Assembly (NCBI GenBank): GCA_051294905.1
Contig: CM119372.1
Location: 25,298,001-25,362,000, forward strand
From: Botryllus schlosseri
Lineage: Eukaryota
Direction of reading: 5' to 3'
Length of the DNA stretch: 64,000 bases
Part shown: in pieces, positions 50,854-62,774 of the stretch
Position numbering within the stretch: the first letter of the stretch is position 1
Layout: every line of letters starts with the position of its first letter
Translations under genes and position numbers: made by a program
The notes under the pieces: model-generated
Database searches by the model: none
What the model was told of the DNA's origin: nothing
What the model saw: only the letters and a program-made list of their open reading frames with translations

Positions 50854-53800
50854 CTACTTCCCAATCAAGCTTCGGTAATAACCGGGTATACGACTGGCTG
50901 GTTTGGGATCGCTATCGACCACGGCAACGGACGCCCAATATTCCAAACCACTCCGTCCTTTGATAAGAGTGGGAAAGGCCGAATGCATCACATCGTCGGA
51001 TGACTTCCTCTGGAAAGTCATTATGATCGAACAGTCCTTGAAACTAGTGGCAATGAGAAATTTACGTAGTATCGAGGCGGCTTTCGACACGTCCAGCCTC
51101 CAATCGTCGCAAGAGTGGGCTTCAAAATCGACACCCCCTTTCACCTCTTCCACAAGGTCTTTCCAACACTGCGCGTCGTAAGGTCCTTCCAACGTTAGCA
51201 GGGTTCTATCGCCGGGAAATAACTTGAGATGATTTTGTACCAGAGTGTACATTTCGTAATATTCCTCAATGCTGTGGCTTTCGAGTTTTTGCAAAGTTAG
51301 TAAGAGACCCAAAACGCAATCGGCTGGCAATTCGCATTCAGTTTCCGAACCGTTGCACGGATCCGACGTTTTCCGTTTGGCCTCTAAACTCGAATGTCGT
51401 TCACAGTAGTGCGAGGTGTGAGGAGTGTGCCGCGATTTTGACACGGAGCATAGCAGCAAGTCGCAAATGAGATCTTGAAAGTCCGATAACGAATCTTCGA
51501 GTAACCTATTGCTGGGCATTTCGTGATAATCCGACATATTCGGTAGTACGTTTGTCATGAAGAAGTCTTTCCCTTTGAGTTTGGACTGTTTGATGAGCTC
51601 TTGCGAAAAAATGACATCGCCACCCCTGTGAAAGCCAAAGTTGAGATTGATGATTGATAAGATTTCTTTTGTCGAACTAATACAGCAGATGACTGTAATC
51701 TAACTACGATTTCATATAGTATCGGAGCCGGAGTTACCGAGAGAATGTTGTAGACAAATTTACAGCACGAGATAATGTCATATACCAGTGACTTTCAACC
51801 TTTTTGAGTACCATCTGCATTTATTTTGGGGCAAAAACGTCATGCGCACTAACCAGCCGAGAATTATCACACACAAAAAAAATGAAGAGACTTGAAACTT
51901 TCTAATTCAAATGTTCAACAATTACGTTATGCTACCAGTTTATGAATGATTCGTTTGATGCTGAATATTTCTGGGAATTTCAGACCAGTTAAGAAAAACT
52001 TGTTGCTCGAAAACTCCCACAATTGGCCATCAAGTGTCTCATCAAAAAGACAACTCCTTCTCCTCGTTTTGATGTCAACTCGCACACCAAAGCCAATTTC
52101 GGCTGATCAATTTGTGGAGTTTTGTACTAGAACTTCTATTGCTCTGATGGCCAGATCTTCATAAGAGCTATCCAGAACTTGGAAAATGCTTTCTGGCAGA
52201 AATCGTTGGAGTATGACCCAAATTACCAGAGGCTCTTGTTTGCCGGAAGGGGTTCAAACCAGCAGCTTTGTTTTTAATGCAAGCAAATGTTTTCAACTAG
52301 CAAGCCAATGAGCAAAGCAAACAAAAATGGAAAACGAAAGTCAATCCAAATTGAAAGCAGTTCAATAACCTTCAACTAAGAGTAAGGTCTGCAAATTTGA
52401 GTCTGTAATGATGGTGTTTATTTACTAATATCTTCATCTTCATGCCTCATTCCATTTGAATACATTATCACGAAATTATGTTGGTTGCTACCAATGCCTA
52501 CCCTACAACAAATTGGAAACAAAGTCAATTTTACGTAATTTTTACCAGGTATCGCAGGCTTAAATGTGCTGATTAAGTGCACAGTATTTCTGCCACTGCA
52601 CGGGTGCACGCGCTGTGGAACCAGACTTTTCATTATGTAGTACCGTAATAATAGTACGCAAATATTAGCTTATTCCGACTGGTGCGAGACAAAATTATTG
52701 GAAAAGCTGTGACAAGTGGTGCGTCGTAAGTCCAACAAATTTTTACGAATGCATCACAACGACACAAGTTAGAGAGCCACTGTTCATAGTATCCTATTAG
52801 GAATATTTGAATTATTCCACATCAGAAAAGTAAAAATGTGCAATTTTCATCCGCACCAAGTTAATCAATCAATTATTTTAGACTGCACAAGTGCATGCGT
52901 ACCATCCCACAGGTCGCAAAGCACTGTGTTACACAATAGCCTACTCTCAATACTCTGAAAATAACTACCGTACTTTACTCAACACTAGTAATGTGCAGCA
53001 GTACATTCCGTTGCCTTGCCTTTTGCCGTCAGATCAGGCTTTGAAAACAATGAATGCTTACTATTTCGATAATAATGCTCCTTCAGAAAGGAAGCGCGAG
53101 AAAGAACAGTCAAAATAATTTCAAGTTGTCAAGGGCATTAAGAAATGTAGTGTGTTGTTTGTAAATTAAAATGATATGACCTGGATTTTCTTGAGAGTTA
53201 TTTGTAACTTTAAAGCATAAACGCATCTCGTCAAAAGTTGAGTCATCTAGTAATCACAAAAACAGACATCAGCATAAAGTGAATGGCCAATTACCATTCA
53301 CATGCAATGCAACCAACATTGATATGTCACAAAAACATTCACGAACCTGAACACTCTCAAGTTATTTTGCGGATCTGAGAGGAGAGCACGAAGTGCTTTG
53401 TGCATACGTTTTTTCGAACCGGAAAATAAATCCACGGGACAATATGTGCTGAGTCTGTCGTAAGTCTTGTTTTGCACTTTGACCTGCTGAAACTGGCTGT
53501 ATTTACACCTGTCGTCACCTATTGAATGAATCAAGAAGGTTGCGATGGGTGCAGTGTGCAGAAACATTAAGGTCAGGAATCACATATGTCATAATACTCA
53601 CCAATTAATATGAAACCTTGTTTGGGCTTAATTTCAACGCTGATAGGAAGGTTTTCAGTCGACATCGCAGGTGGAAGTATTTGACAAAAATCAGGCATTA
53701 GAATTCCAAATTTCAGTGTCTGATCGATTACCTATACAGAAGATTTAGAAAAAATACTAAAAGACAGTAAAATATAAATATCGCAATGAAATCACAGGCT

Positions 53801-56800
53801 CACCACATACATTCTCTAATAGTTGCAAGGCCCTCTATATCATTAGGAAGTGGTGACAGTTAGACTATGAATAAAATTAGTGAATAATGGAGATAAAAAA
53901 TTATTTAGAAAATCAGATAAATTTTGTCAACATATTTTTCTGTGCAGAGTCAGTATATGCAAAAATCATAAACACATTTCATGGGTAGCATACCATGAAA
54001 AATTCGCACTTATTTGTTGAGGCACAAATTTTGTCCGAAGAAATATGTTGCGCACACTCTGCCTCGAAATGTATTTGCGTGCATTCTACACCGAAGACGT
54101 ACAAAGTTGGAATGATATGGAAGTTTTGAAGTGGAAATTTTTGGCATTGCGAATCCACCGCAACAGGAAAGTCCTGAAAACTTCATTTTAGAAAGTGATT
54201 CCACGCATCAAATCAATGAAAATGAGTCACTTCGCTAAGAATCATAGGCGTACCAATTTGCATTCGATGCCATTTTACCCACATTCAAATAAGTTATCCT
54301 ATCAGGACGTTCCTGGCCAGATTGACAAGTAGATTACATTGGCATGGTCAAGACATCCGAACTGGAGAGGTAGTATCTACTAAGATTTGAACTTTTCAAT
54401 TCGCAGCAAAAATACCTTGTTGATTCTAACTTTGGGACGGTCAGATTCAATCTTCCTTGATATCATCTTCAAAAATTCTTTGCTGACAAACGCCTTTTGT
54501 ATAGGGAAGCACACAGTGCAGCTTTGCATCAATGGATGGGCAATGTGTCGGATAAAACATAATTCGCTTTCCGTTGCATCATTCGCGCGGTACTCACTGC
54601 AACTGAAAAAGATGTATGCTGTTGAAATAGTGTAGTAAATTCATATGGTGTCAATCTATACTTTGGTAGCCACTGCTATATGTGATCTAGACTGGAAACC
54701 TGTTCATGTTCAAGTTCCACAAAGTTAGGTTAATTTGGCACCATCGCAGTAAGAAACAATTTACAAGTGGTCCGGTTCGGTTTTGGCACCTTACCTGGAT
54801 ATCAGAAGAAAGAGAACAATTCAATGACCAAGCAAGAGGGCATTGCAGAATAGTAGATCAATAGTGATTTGGATTGAAGCAGATGATTTCAACTACCGGT
54901 ACTATTCATATTCAGAATGTTTTGACTACAATTCAATTTTGGTTTTGATTAAGGAAAAACTGTATTCATGCCAAGGGCACCAATAAACCTTGATCTGAGT
55001 CATGAAGTATACTAGCAACAGCAACTTCACACACACGTCACAGACCAGTTTTCAATTACTACCTACAACATTATGGTCCATTCTAATGCTGTGAAGGTAA
55101 AACTTATGAACTGATAGGTTTTCTCTAACTGATCACACCGTAGGGCAACATACGGCCCGCGAAGTGATTTTGACCGGCCCGCAGAGAGTTTCTACTTTGA
55201 AAGTGAAATTCCAATTTGAAAGTACAATTGAATAGTATATTCATATTGAAATGAACCCGAATATTTTCGGCTGACACTCGTCAGCAACCAGTAGAGAATT
55301 GGAAAGAACATTGTATAGCAACAATCGTAGAAAACGTGCATCACGCTCGGTGAAAAGCTCGCCCATGACTCATCCTCTCAAGGTTGATGCTGAGCGATCA
55401 AAGGCCAGAAACTATGCCATTGACAAACATTTGTCGGATAATCCAGCTTCTTGGAGGTACTGAACTTCGATATACAATTGAATACTGTATTCATATTGAA
55501 ATGAACCCGAATATTTTCGACTGACACTCGTCAGGGGTAATCGTCGGCAACTAGTAGGTAATCGTCAGCAACAATCGTATCACAAAATATGACGTCACCA
55601 GCATGAAAGAGAGAGCGTTCAATGTACTATTTTTAGGTGGTACATGATAACACGAACTCCTTTTGTAAACAGATTTTTGGTTGGTGTATTTTGATAAAAG
55701 TCGACTCCAAGGCACACAAATGGAATTGTGAACGGCCCCGCCCAACGATTCGAAATCAGTCGTCTCGATAATTATTCGCACAAATCGGATTATCTAACAG
55801 ATGTTTGCCGATGGCAGAATTAATGGCCTTTGATCGGCAGCATCAATCTTAAGCGGATGACTTAAGGGTGCGATTTTCACTGAGCGTGATGCACATGTTC
55901 TGATAAATCTGGGGACAGGTTGGTTTATGAGTTCCAGCTTGAGCAAAAAATTACCGAGAACAAAGATTTCGCGTCATCGGAAGGGGCCGCTCACGCTTTC
56001 ATCTGTGTGCCATGGAGACGACCTATATCAAAATATATCAGCCCAAGCTTTGTCTACAGAAGGAGTTCGTGTACCATCTTAAAATGATATATTGAACGCT
56101 CTCTAATTTGAGATTACACTCCAAGATGGTGTCGACATATTTTGTGATGCGATTGTTGATATACACGCAGGTTCTTTCCAATTCTCTACTGGTTGCTAAC
56201 GATTGCCCCTGACGAGTGTCAGCCGAAAATATTCAGGTACATTTCAATATGATTATACCATTAAATTGTATATTGAACTTCTGTACCTCCAAGAAGCTCT
56301 TTACTCTGAAATTGAAAGTATTGACAAATTTTATGCGTCACAGCCAACCTGGGAAAGATGGACATGAAACTAGTTGCTCTGTTCGGGTGATGTACATATA
56401 TTTTCGACCGTAAATATTAACGAGAACAGGCTACGTTCCAATATAACTGATGTTAACGTGCAGTCTTTACTAAAGGTTTCTACATACTACATGCGGCCTG
56501 CGTCCAAACAACTTGTTGACAACTTTGACCGATCACAGATTTCCGATTGACTTCAACAGCTACTGTTAAAAAATTCCTTAAATAGGCTACTGTTTTGGTG
56601 TCTACGCTCTATACTCAATGTTCACATTAAATACGATTTATTCCTTATATAGTTGGATAAATACGCGATTAATATATATATATCTGTAATCCGGCCCGAC
56701 AAGTGCTCCATTTTCCCATATCCGGCCCGTCGATCGGAGAAGTTGCCCGCCCCTGAGCTACAGGTACTCGACTTGAAACCAAATCAGTCAGGTATTTTAT

Positions 56801-57353
56801 TTGGACAGCACAGTTCACTCGTAACACTATGAAATAGATAAAGCATGCATAGATCCCGCATATATTCTGCTGTCAATATAATCAGCATACTGCATGGAAT
56901 GCAATTCAATCACACAATTAGGTCATATTTATCAAGCTCGGTTCCAATATTTACTTCTCTATTCATTTCTTTCTCACTTAGTTTACAGGCAAATTTACTA
57001 AGCATGACAGTCAAACATAAGCCCAATATCAAAATAAATGCTTAGCACCAGGAAGTGGAACTGCGATTACATTCGCTTATGCCGAGTGCCATGATGAGAT
57101 ACGAGAATTCTTTTAGAAATTAAGCTAACAATAATAAAATGCTTGAAAATCATTTAATTTTTTATATGAACAGTGTGTTAGGGTCCCCCTTTTCGCGCAC
57201 AAGCAGCCAATAGGAAATGACTTACTCATAAATCTTTCTATCTTTCGGACATTTTAGTAACCGCAGCACTTGCTTCGTCTTTTCATTCGCAATAATGACA
57301 TGGAGGTTGCCTTCCGCTCGATAAATCCAATCCTTGACATCGCGTATATCCAT
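50854..57353 (-). CDS. IPPK: Inositol-pentakisphosphate 2-kinase (IPK1), 5 exons, ~462 aa (491 aa if the ATG at 57440 is used)
   Basis: Exons (minus): 57226-57353 (or to 57440), 54416-54602, 53602-53731, 53347-53518, 50854-51625, phases consistent. IP5 2-kinase motifs: WIYRAEGN, VLRLLK, VEIKPKQGF, YCPVDLFSG, PQNNLRVF, FLIATSFKDCSIIMTF, VAVVDSDPKP. Confidence 0.92.
51785..52782 (-). mobile_element. Old Charlie-type hAT deletion derivative in IPPK intron 4
   Basis: Ends CAGTGACTTTCAACC...GTTAGAGAGCCACTG. Minus-strand remnant SAEIGFGVRVDIKTRRRSCL resembles the hAT C-terminal CE.GFS...IKTK.R motif. No clean TSD. Confidence 0.55.
55135..56755. mobile_element. Charlie-type MITE (GGCCCG subterminal repeats) hosting a family J foldback, IPPK intron 1
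   Basis: Left gggcaacatacggcccgcg...ccggcccgc; right atccggcccg...agttgcccgcccctg. Left boundary approximate. Confidence 0.55.
55445..56298. repeat. Family J foldback element with ~300-bp inverted arms
   Basis: AGCTTCTTGGAGGTAC... (55445-55740) is the imperfect reverse complement of ...GTACCTCCAAGAAGCT (55983-56298). An extra partial arm lies at ~55215-55440. Confidence 0.8.
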
Positions 57354-58819
57354 ACTAGTATTGCGTTGAAAATTTTCTTTGCTCTGTCCGCAGCACAGGC
57401 AAGGCCTTTCTGTTGCACATATCAGAGTCATCGGTTTCATGTATGGGATATTAGCAGGAAGCTGATGCCTTACTCAGCACATACAGGCCATTCAACCAGT
57501 CTGAAATACGAAATCATGCAATTCGTCACATAATGGTCATCAACAATCAGTACATCAGGTCACTCGTTACGAGATGATGCTTCATCGGGAACATATAAAT
57601 TTCCATAGAAAACGCATACCGTAAAATATAATGGCTTGGAAACTAAAAAGTGCTCCAAAATACGAATATAACATCAATCTATCGGGAACAATATTCAGCC
57701 ATCTCAGATGTGTGATCATTAGGGCGATTTTTTTTTACCTAAAACCGAATGATTTTTACCTTAAATATCTCAATTTTGACCAAATTTGACCCAACGTATG
57801 CAAATTATGTGTTTTCCCACATAATGTTACTTAGAATTATACTACTTATCTTCATTTCTTGTTGAGACTGTTTGTCCTTACGAAGTTGTTTGGCCTGGAA
57901 AAAAAACTTTTTTGCCTCAAAAACTGACAAATCTTTACCTAAAAAAACTTTATTTTAACGAAATCTGGCCGTGAAGAATTCCAGTTGGTTACGCATTATG
58001 ATATAAATCATTAAAAATTTTTGTAGTACAACGAAAGATACATTCCTACATTCTCGGGTAGAAAGTGTCTGTCCTTATTAAAAAGCTTGCCAAGAGTGGA
58101 GAAAGAAGTTGTTGGCTGACAACGCTGAAGTTGTGCGTAGGCCTACACTGCTGGTGGCAAACCGTGTTGCTTCATTCTGGCAATGGTGTCTACATCACAA
58201 TTTTTCAATATGCGCTTCTTGATATAACCATGCAATGTCCACGCAGTCTTGCTTCAGTTGGGATATTGTGGTATGTTGAGCATTACCCCATGTCAACCTA
58301 TTCGTTTCATTTGAATGTTAATGATTCGCAATGAGCCGTCTACAACGTTAGGCCTATAAAGTAAGCTACAAGCTGTAAAATATCATATGATAAGCAGACC
58401 GACAGTGCAAAATCTATGATACAAACAAAATGCAGGTTGCTAAAAAGGTTCAACTTTGTAAACAATATTGACATTTTTTGACCTAACGCTACAATTTTGA
58501 CATGTCAAAAAAAAATCGCTTATCATCAACGCTCAATCTCCAGTCATGCCAATGACAATTTAACTTCAGACCTAGTTTGCCTAGCCTGCAACTGTTGTCG
58601 TCTTAGCATTAAGAAAGAAATAATAAATATTATTAGACTATGATGATATGCATTATTAAGGAAGAAAGATAGCAGCCACAGTCTTATCAATTTATAACAC
58701 AGTTAGGAGTATCATATATATACTATATCTAGAAGAATTTTTAATAGGCTATAAAATGTGCAGCAACATTAGTAGGGTATGGCGATAGCTACCTTAATAG
58801 AAACCGTTACCATACCACT

Positions 58820-58919
58820 GTAAATGCATGGGACTTGAAGAAATGGCACAACAACTAGCTGCGTAGAGTAAATGCATGCGACTTAAAGAAATGGCACAAC
58901 AACTAGCTGCGTAGAGTAA
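58820..58919. repeat. 48-bp tandem duplication
   Basis: gtaaatgcatg(g/c)gactt(g/a)aagaaatggcacaacaactagctgcgtaga x2, 2 mismatches. Confidence 0.9.
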
Positions 58920-59026
58920 CAGTAGGGCAGATACTTGATACACATTGCTTCCTATAGCATTGTTGACCCGAGACATGCGGACGCGCCACTTCCAAATTGC
59001 TATGATTGTTGATTAATTGACATTGA

Positions 59027-61156
59027 TCAGGACGTATCATGGTCAGAATTACCAACGTCTTTGTGCAATTTATATTTTTTGCTATCCCAAACCACAGTGG
59101 GATTCTGCTTAGATGATTGGCTATTCAAAAATGTTTTCTTCGGTTTATACTCTTGATGAGATGCTTCGTCGTTGGCAAACCTAGATTTTGAGTAACTATG
59201 CGTCTTGAATGTGGGCCTTGTGTTCGGCTCATTAGATATACAAGGATCTGCTGACTGTGTGCTAAAATTTTCCTCCGAATTCAACTTCAAATTAGACAAA
59301 GACTCGTCAGCATCTGTAATTCCATCATGCCCAGTAACGAACATTTGCAAGTGTTCAGACTCGGACAATAAGTACTTAAATTCCGAATATTGCATTTGAA
59401 GTCCCACAGTAAAACTTTGCTGCCAATCATTCGACAATTCTCTGATGTCCACATCCACATTGTGGTACCCGGCAAGTTCCATTACAACCCACCACGAATA
59501 TATCATAACATTCTCAGTATGCGAACCCCAATGATGGCGGTGTGTATTTTCAAGAATTTTCTCTACTGCATTTTCGCAATCCTTTTTGCTAATATCCTTG
59601 TGAAATGTGGACAGTATTTCCAGCATTGTGCAGTACAAGATCGGGGCTCTAACGGTTTCATCAAGTTCAGACACCATGACTTTGACCATTTTGGTTTGAA
59701 CTTCTAACGACGCTTTCTTGGTGCAAATGGCAATTTTTTGAACCAATGAAAAATCGAGTTCCACTTGTAAAGGCCATAGGAGACTATGAAAATTCGCAAG
59801 TAGCCAGTCACTATTTTTACTGTCGTCAGAATTACACTCCATAATTCTTAGAATTCCATGTATAATTCGCTTTTTAAAGTCCATCGAATTATTATCATTG
59901 AGTTTCTCAACAAGCGTTGTTATCAGTTCCTCACAATTATCAGTAGATGTTAAGTCCTCTAATAACTCGACAGCGGCATGAAATGCACAAGAGTTGGAAT
60001 CTGAAAGCAGGTGCATAAGAGCGTCCTTGAATAGCCTTGATATTCCAGGTTTTCTATGCTTCATACACTTTACCATCTCAATTGCACAATGCCTGATGTT
60101 GGGATTTCGGCTACTTAGCACATTGTCTATGGCGTCAAGGGCAAACTTATCTAACACATGTAATTCGGAATGAAAGTCGGAAATAACTTGAATGCACTCC
60201 GACACAATCGCCACTTGAATATTGCTACAAACTTGCATGCGAGACAATGTAAGTTGCACAATTTTCGACAGTTCATTGACGGAATGTTCAGACAGCAATT
60301 GTGAAGGTAAGTTTCGTATGATCTCCATTATTCTAATAAAATCCCAAGGGGCGCATATACCGTTATGCATCATATCCAAAGGCAGCCTTCCGTTCAGCAT
60401 CTGTTGGAGGATGAATATCAATTTTTCGCAAATCTTCGCATTATCAGGGGGTAATGATTTTTTCAATAAATTGCTTAGAAGGGGTAGCGAAGCGCTCATT
60501 ACATGCGGGTCTTGGTCACAGACAGCCCGTAAGGCCATATCCCAAATGTCCGGAACATATTGAGATCCTACCGAATGCATGACTTCCAACACAACCATGG
60601 CTTTACATCTCAACATTGAATTTGAGCATTTATGAATTACTTTGTCGATATACGGTAAAAATACTGGGACCAAGTCGAGATCCATCACATTTGCCAGTGT
60701 GGTCAATGTAATGAAAACCACTGAGGTTTTTTTGGATGAAATGTCTTTCTGCAAGGTGCCGACGGCAATGTAGACATCGGGCGATCTTTTTGTACACAGA
60801 CTTCGCAAAGCAACATGACCCAGCAGTTTGTCCAACACGGTGGCGGCATCGACGATGAATTTGATTACGAAAGGATACTCAGAGGGAAGCGTTTCGTTGA
60901 AGTTCGCAAGATGAATGATCATCATGATACAATGTCTCCGGTCCGAAACGCTCATTTTCATATCTTGGCATTTATTTGTGAGAACACGTTGAATTTCAGA
61001 GATTGTTTTTCGGGCTTGCTGCCGATCCAAAGTCCTGCTCATGCCCATGATACAGTTTTCCAGCGTTTGTAAACATGATGATACGCTGGTTGCTTCAGGT
61101 CCTCGCATTATGAGCATGGTCTGCTGAATAGTCTTTTCCAAGATGGAGGACATCAT
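59027..61156 (-). CDS. AP4E1: AP-4 complex subunit epsilon-like, intronless, divergent, trunk + hinge only (~709 aa)
   Basis: Colinear with recalled human AP4E1: MSSILEKT (MSDIVEKT), VGTLQKDI (VNTVVKDL), LRCKAMVVL (VRRKAVLAL), AVCDQDPHVMSASL (ALCDRDVGVMAASL), ILQQMLNGRLP...CAPW (ILKQVVGGKLP...PAPW), AIVSECI (AILFECV), DESLSNL (DASLSFL), VVWDSKKY (KLWGKEGY). The ORF-track start at 61258 is GTG; ATGs are at 61171, 61156 and 61153. Confidence 0.8.
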   Translation of the reverse strand: MMSSILEKTIQQTMLIMRGPEATSVSSCLQTLENCIMGMSRTLDRQQARKTISEIQRVLTNKCQDMKMSVSDRRHCIMMIIHLANFNETLPSEYPFVIKFIVDAATVLDKLLGHVALRSLCTKRSPDVYIAVGTLQKDISSKKTSVVFITLTTLANVMDLDLVPVFLPYIDKVIHKCSNSMLRCKAMVVLEVMHSVGSQYVPDIWDMALRAVCDQDPHVMSASLPLLSNLLKKSLPPDNAKICEKLIFILQQMLNGRLPLDMMHNGICAPWDFIRIMEIIRNLPSQLLSEHSVNELSKIVQLTLSRMQVCSNIQVAIVSECIQVISDFHSELHVLDKFALDAIDNVLSSRNPNIRHCAIEMVKCMKHRKPGISRLFKDALMHLLSDSNSCAFHAAVELLEDLTSTDNCEELITTLVEKLNDNNSMDFKKRIIHGILRIMECNSDDSKNSDWLLANFHSLLWPLQVELDFSLVQKIAICTKKASLEVQTKMVKVMVSELDETVRAPILYCTMLEILSTFHKDISKKDCENAVEKILENTHRHHWGSHTENVMIYSWWVVMELAGYHNVDVDIRELSNDWQQSFTVGLQMQYSEFKYLLSESEHLQMFVTGHDGITDADESLSNLKLNSEENFSTQSADPCISNEPNTRPTFKTHSYSKSRFANDEASHQEYKPKKTFLNSQSSKQNPTVVWDSKKYKLHKDVGNSDHDTS

Positions 61157-61967
61157 TGTGCCTATTATCATGTATTGTACCTTGAAAAACAAGGTTTCAC
61201 ATATTGTATCCAAATCAAAATGGACAGAAGAATAAAGAAAACAAGTTCCTTTAGACACAATTAACAGATAAAAGTGTTAGAGAAGAATTCAACATTTCAA
61301 TGCTATTACTCTCGGGTTGGCACAATGAGCGCTTGGATCGACTTCAAAATAACTTATGGGCTTACAGAAACACCAAACACAAGTAAATGTAGGCTAACAA
61401 ACTACGATGAAAATATGCCATAACACAATATTTTTTAGATGACATATACACAAGCCGTAGTACAGTAAAAGACAAGTTAGCAAGAGTAAAAAAATTACGT
61501 AAATAGTTGTTGGATTTGAAAGAAACTACCGCAGCATGAACAGGACCATGCACTAACTTTGTTTTGATACCCAATGGTTGATAGCCAACAACAAATGTTG
61601 TTAACAGAAGAACAGTGAATGACCTCACTCCTCAGCCCTTGGGATTACCGTACTAGTCTATAAGGCATGCAATTACCAGTAACAACAATGCATTAGGCTA
61701 GTATTGAATATAATATTCAGGAGGGGAGTAACCTCAGCAACTAGTACCGGAATTGGAAAGAATATAGTATATCAATAATCGTATCACCAATTATGACATC
61801 ACTGGCATGAAATTTTGAATCATAGAGGCGGAAGAGATCGCTTCAGCTCAATGTACTGTTTTTAGATGATAAACAAACTCCCAATGTTGGTACCAACTAG
61901 GCTGGTATATTCCGATAAAAGTCGACTCCAAGGCACACAAGCCAAAATAGTGTGACCAGGCCTAGAG

Positions 61968-62596
61968 CAGTGGTTCTCAACCTTTTTGAGCTCGCGGGCC
62001 GGTGAAACTTCAAAATTAACCCTAAATTTATTCACGACAAATGGATGCAACTCCAATATAATATTGTTCACTTCATTCAATACCGCTGTTTGGCAGTACA
62101 TATTCATGCACGATTCTGGTGAAGTTAACATAAGGCCAAGATCGCAAAGTCCTGGTAAAGACCACTAACTTGATCGTGATTTTTCGGTATTCTTTGAAAG
62201 GAATCAGATGCTGTTTACCAGACCATATTACACCGCTATAGTATCACTTAACTGCAATGTCAGAATTTAACGACCTTTGTTCAAAAGTCTTCTGCGGCTT
62301 TCACATGTAACTATTCCCAAACGAGTCGTATAGGCTAATTTCAAACAGATTCGTACAACGCTTGCACAATTGTCAGATACGCCCAAAGTAGACTATGAAT
62401 GAAATCTCTATTAGCCTACGTCACAATGGAGAAATATATGTTTCAAACTTCACACTAAATTTATAATTTGAAGTTTTATTCCTCTAATTAATGGACAAGC
62501 GTCCATCTTCCCGAATTTTGGAATTTAGGTTTAAATTCTAATTCATGTTGCGGACCGGCAGGGGACTTGCCGCAGACCGGCAGTTGAGAACCACTG
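61968..62596. mobile_element. Charlie-type hAT MITE
   Basis: TIR CAGTGGTTCTCAAC...GTTGAGAACCACTG, TSD GCCTAGAG / GTCTAGAG. Inserted at the edge of a family J remnant. Confidence 0.88.
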
Positions 62597-62774
62597 GTCT
62601 AGAGCACTGATTCCGTGTCGTGTTCAGCTATCACTGTAAACATTTGACGGGCTCATTGTGATACAAATCACGAGCTACGGCACTATATAAGAATTCGGTA
62701 TCGATGAAAAGTGGGATATATTCGGATTCTGTCCAATTCGATTGAAACTATCCATGGATTCAGAATTGCATTTT

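Noticed and set aside
59205..61072. Plus-strand ORFs antisense to AP4E1-like (similar ones overlap ECH1, IPPK, FOXRED2 and TIPRL)
   Set aside because: Shadow ORFs of real coding sequence with no independent evidence.
61157..61258. N-terminal extension of the 743-aa ORF (and likewise 63651-63683 of TIPRL)
   Set aside because: Both begin at GTG. The AP4E1-like extension crosses a pyrimidine-rich acceptor, and homology starts at the downstream ATGs.
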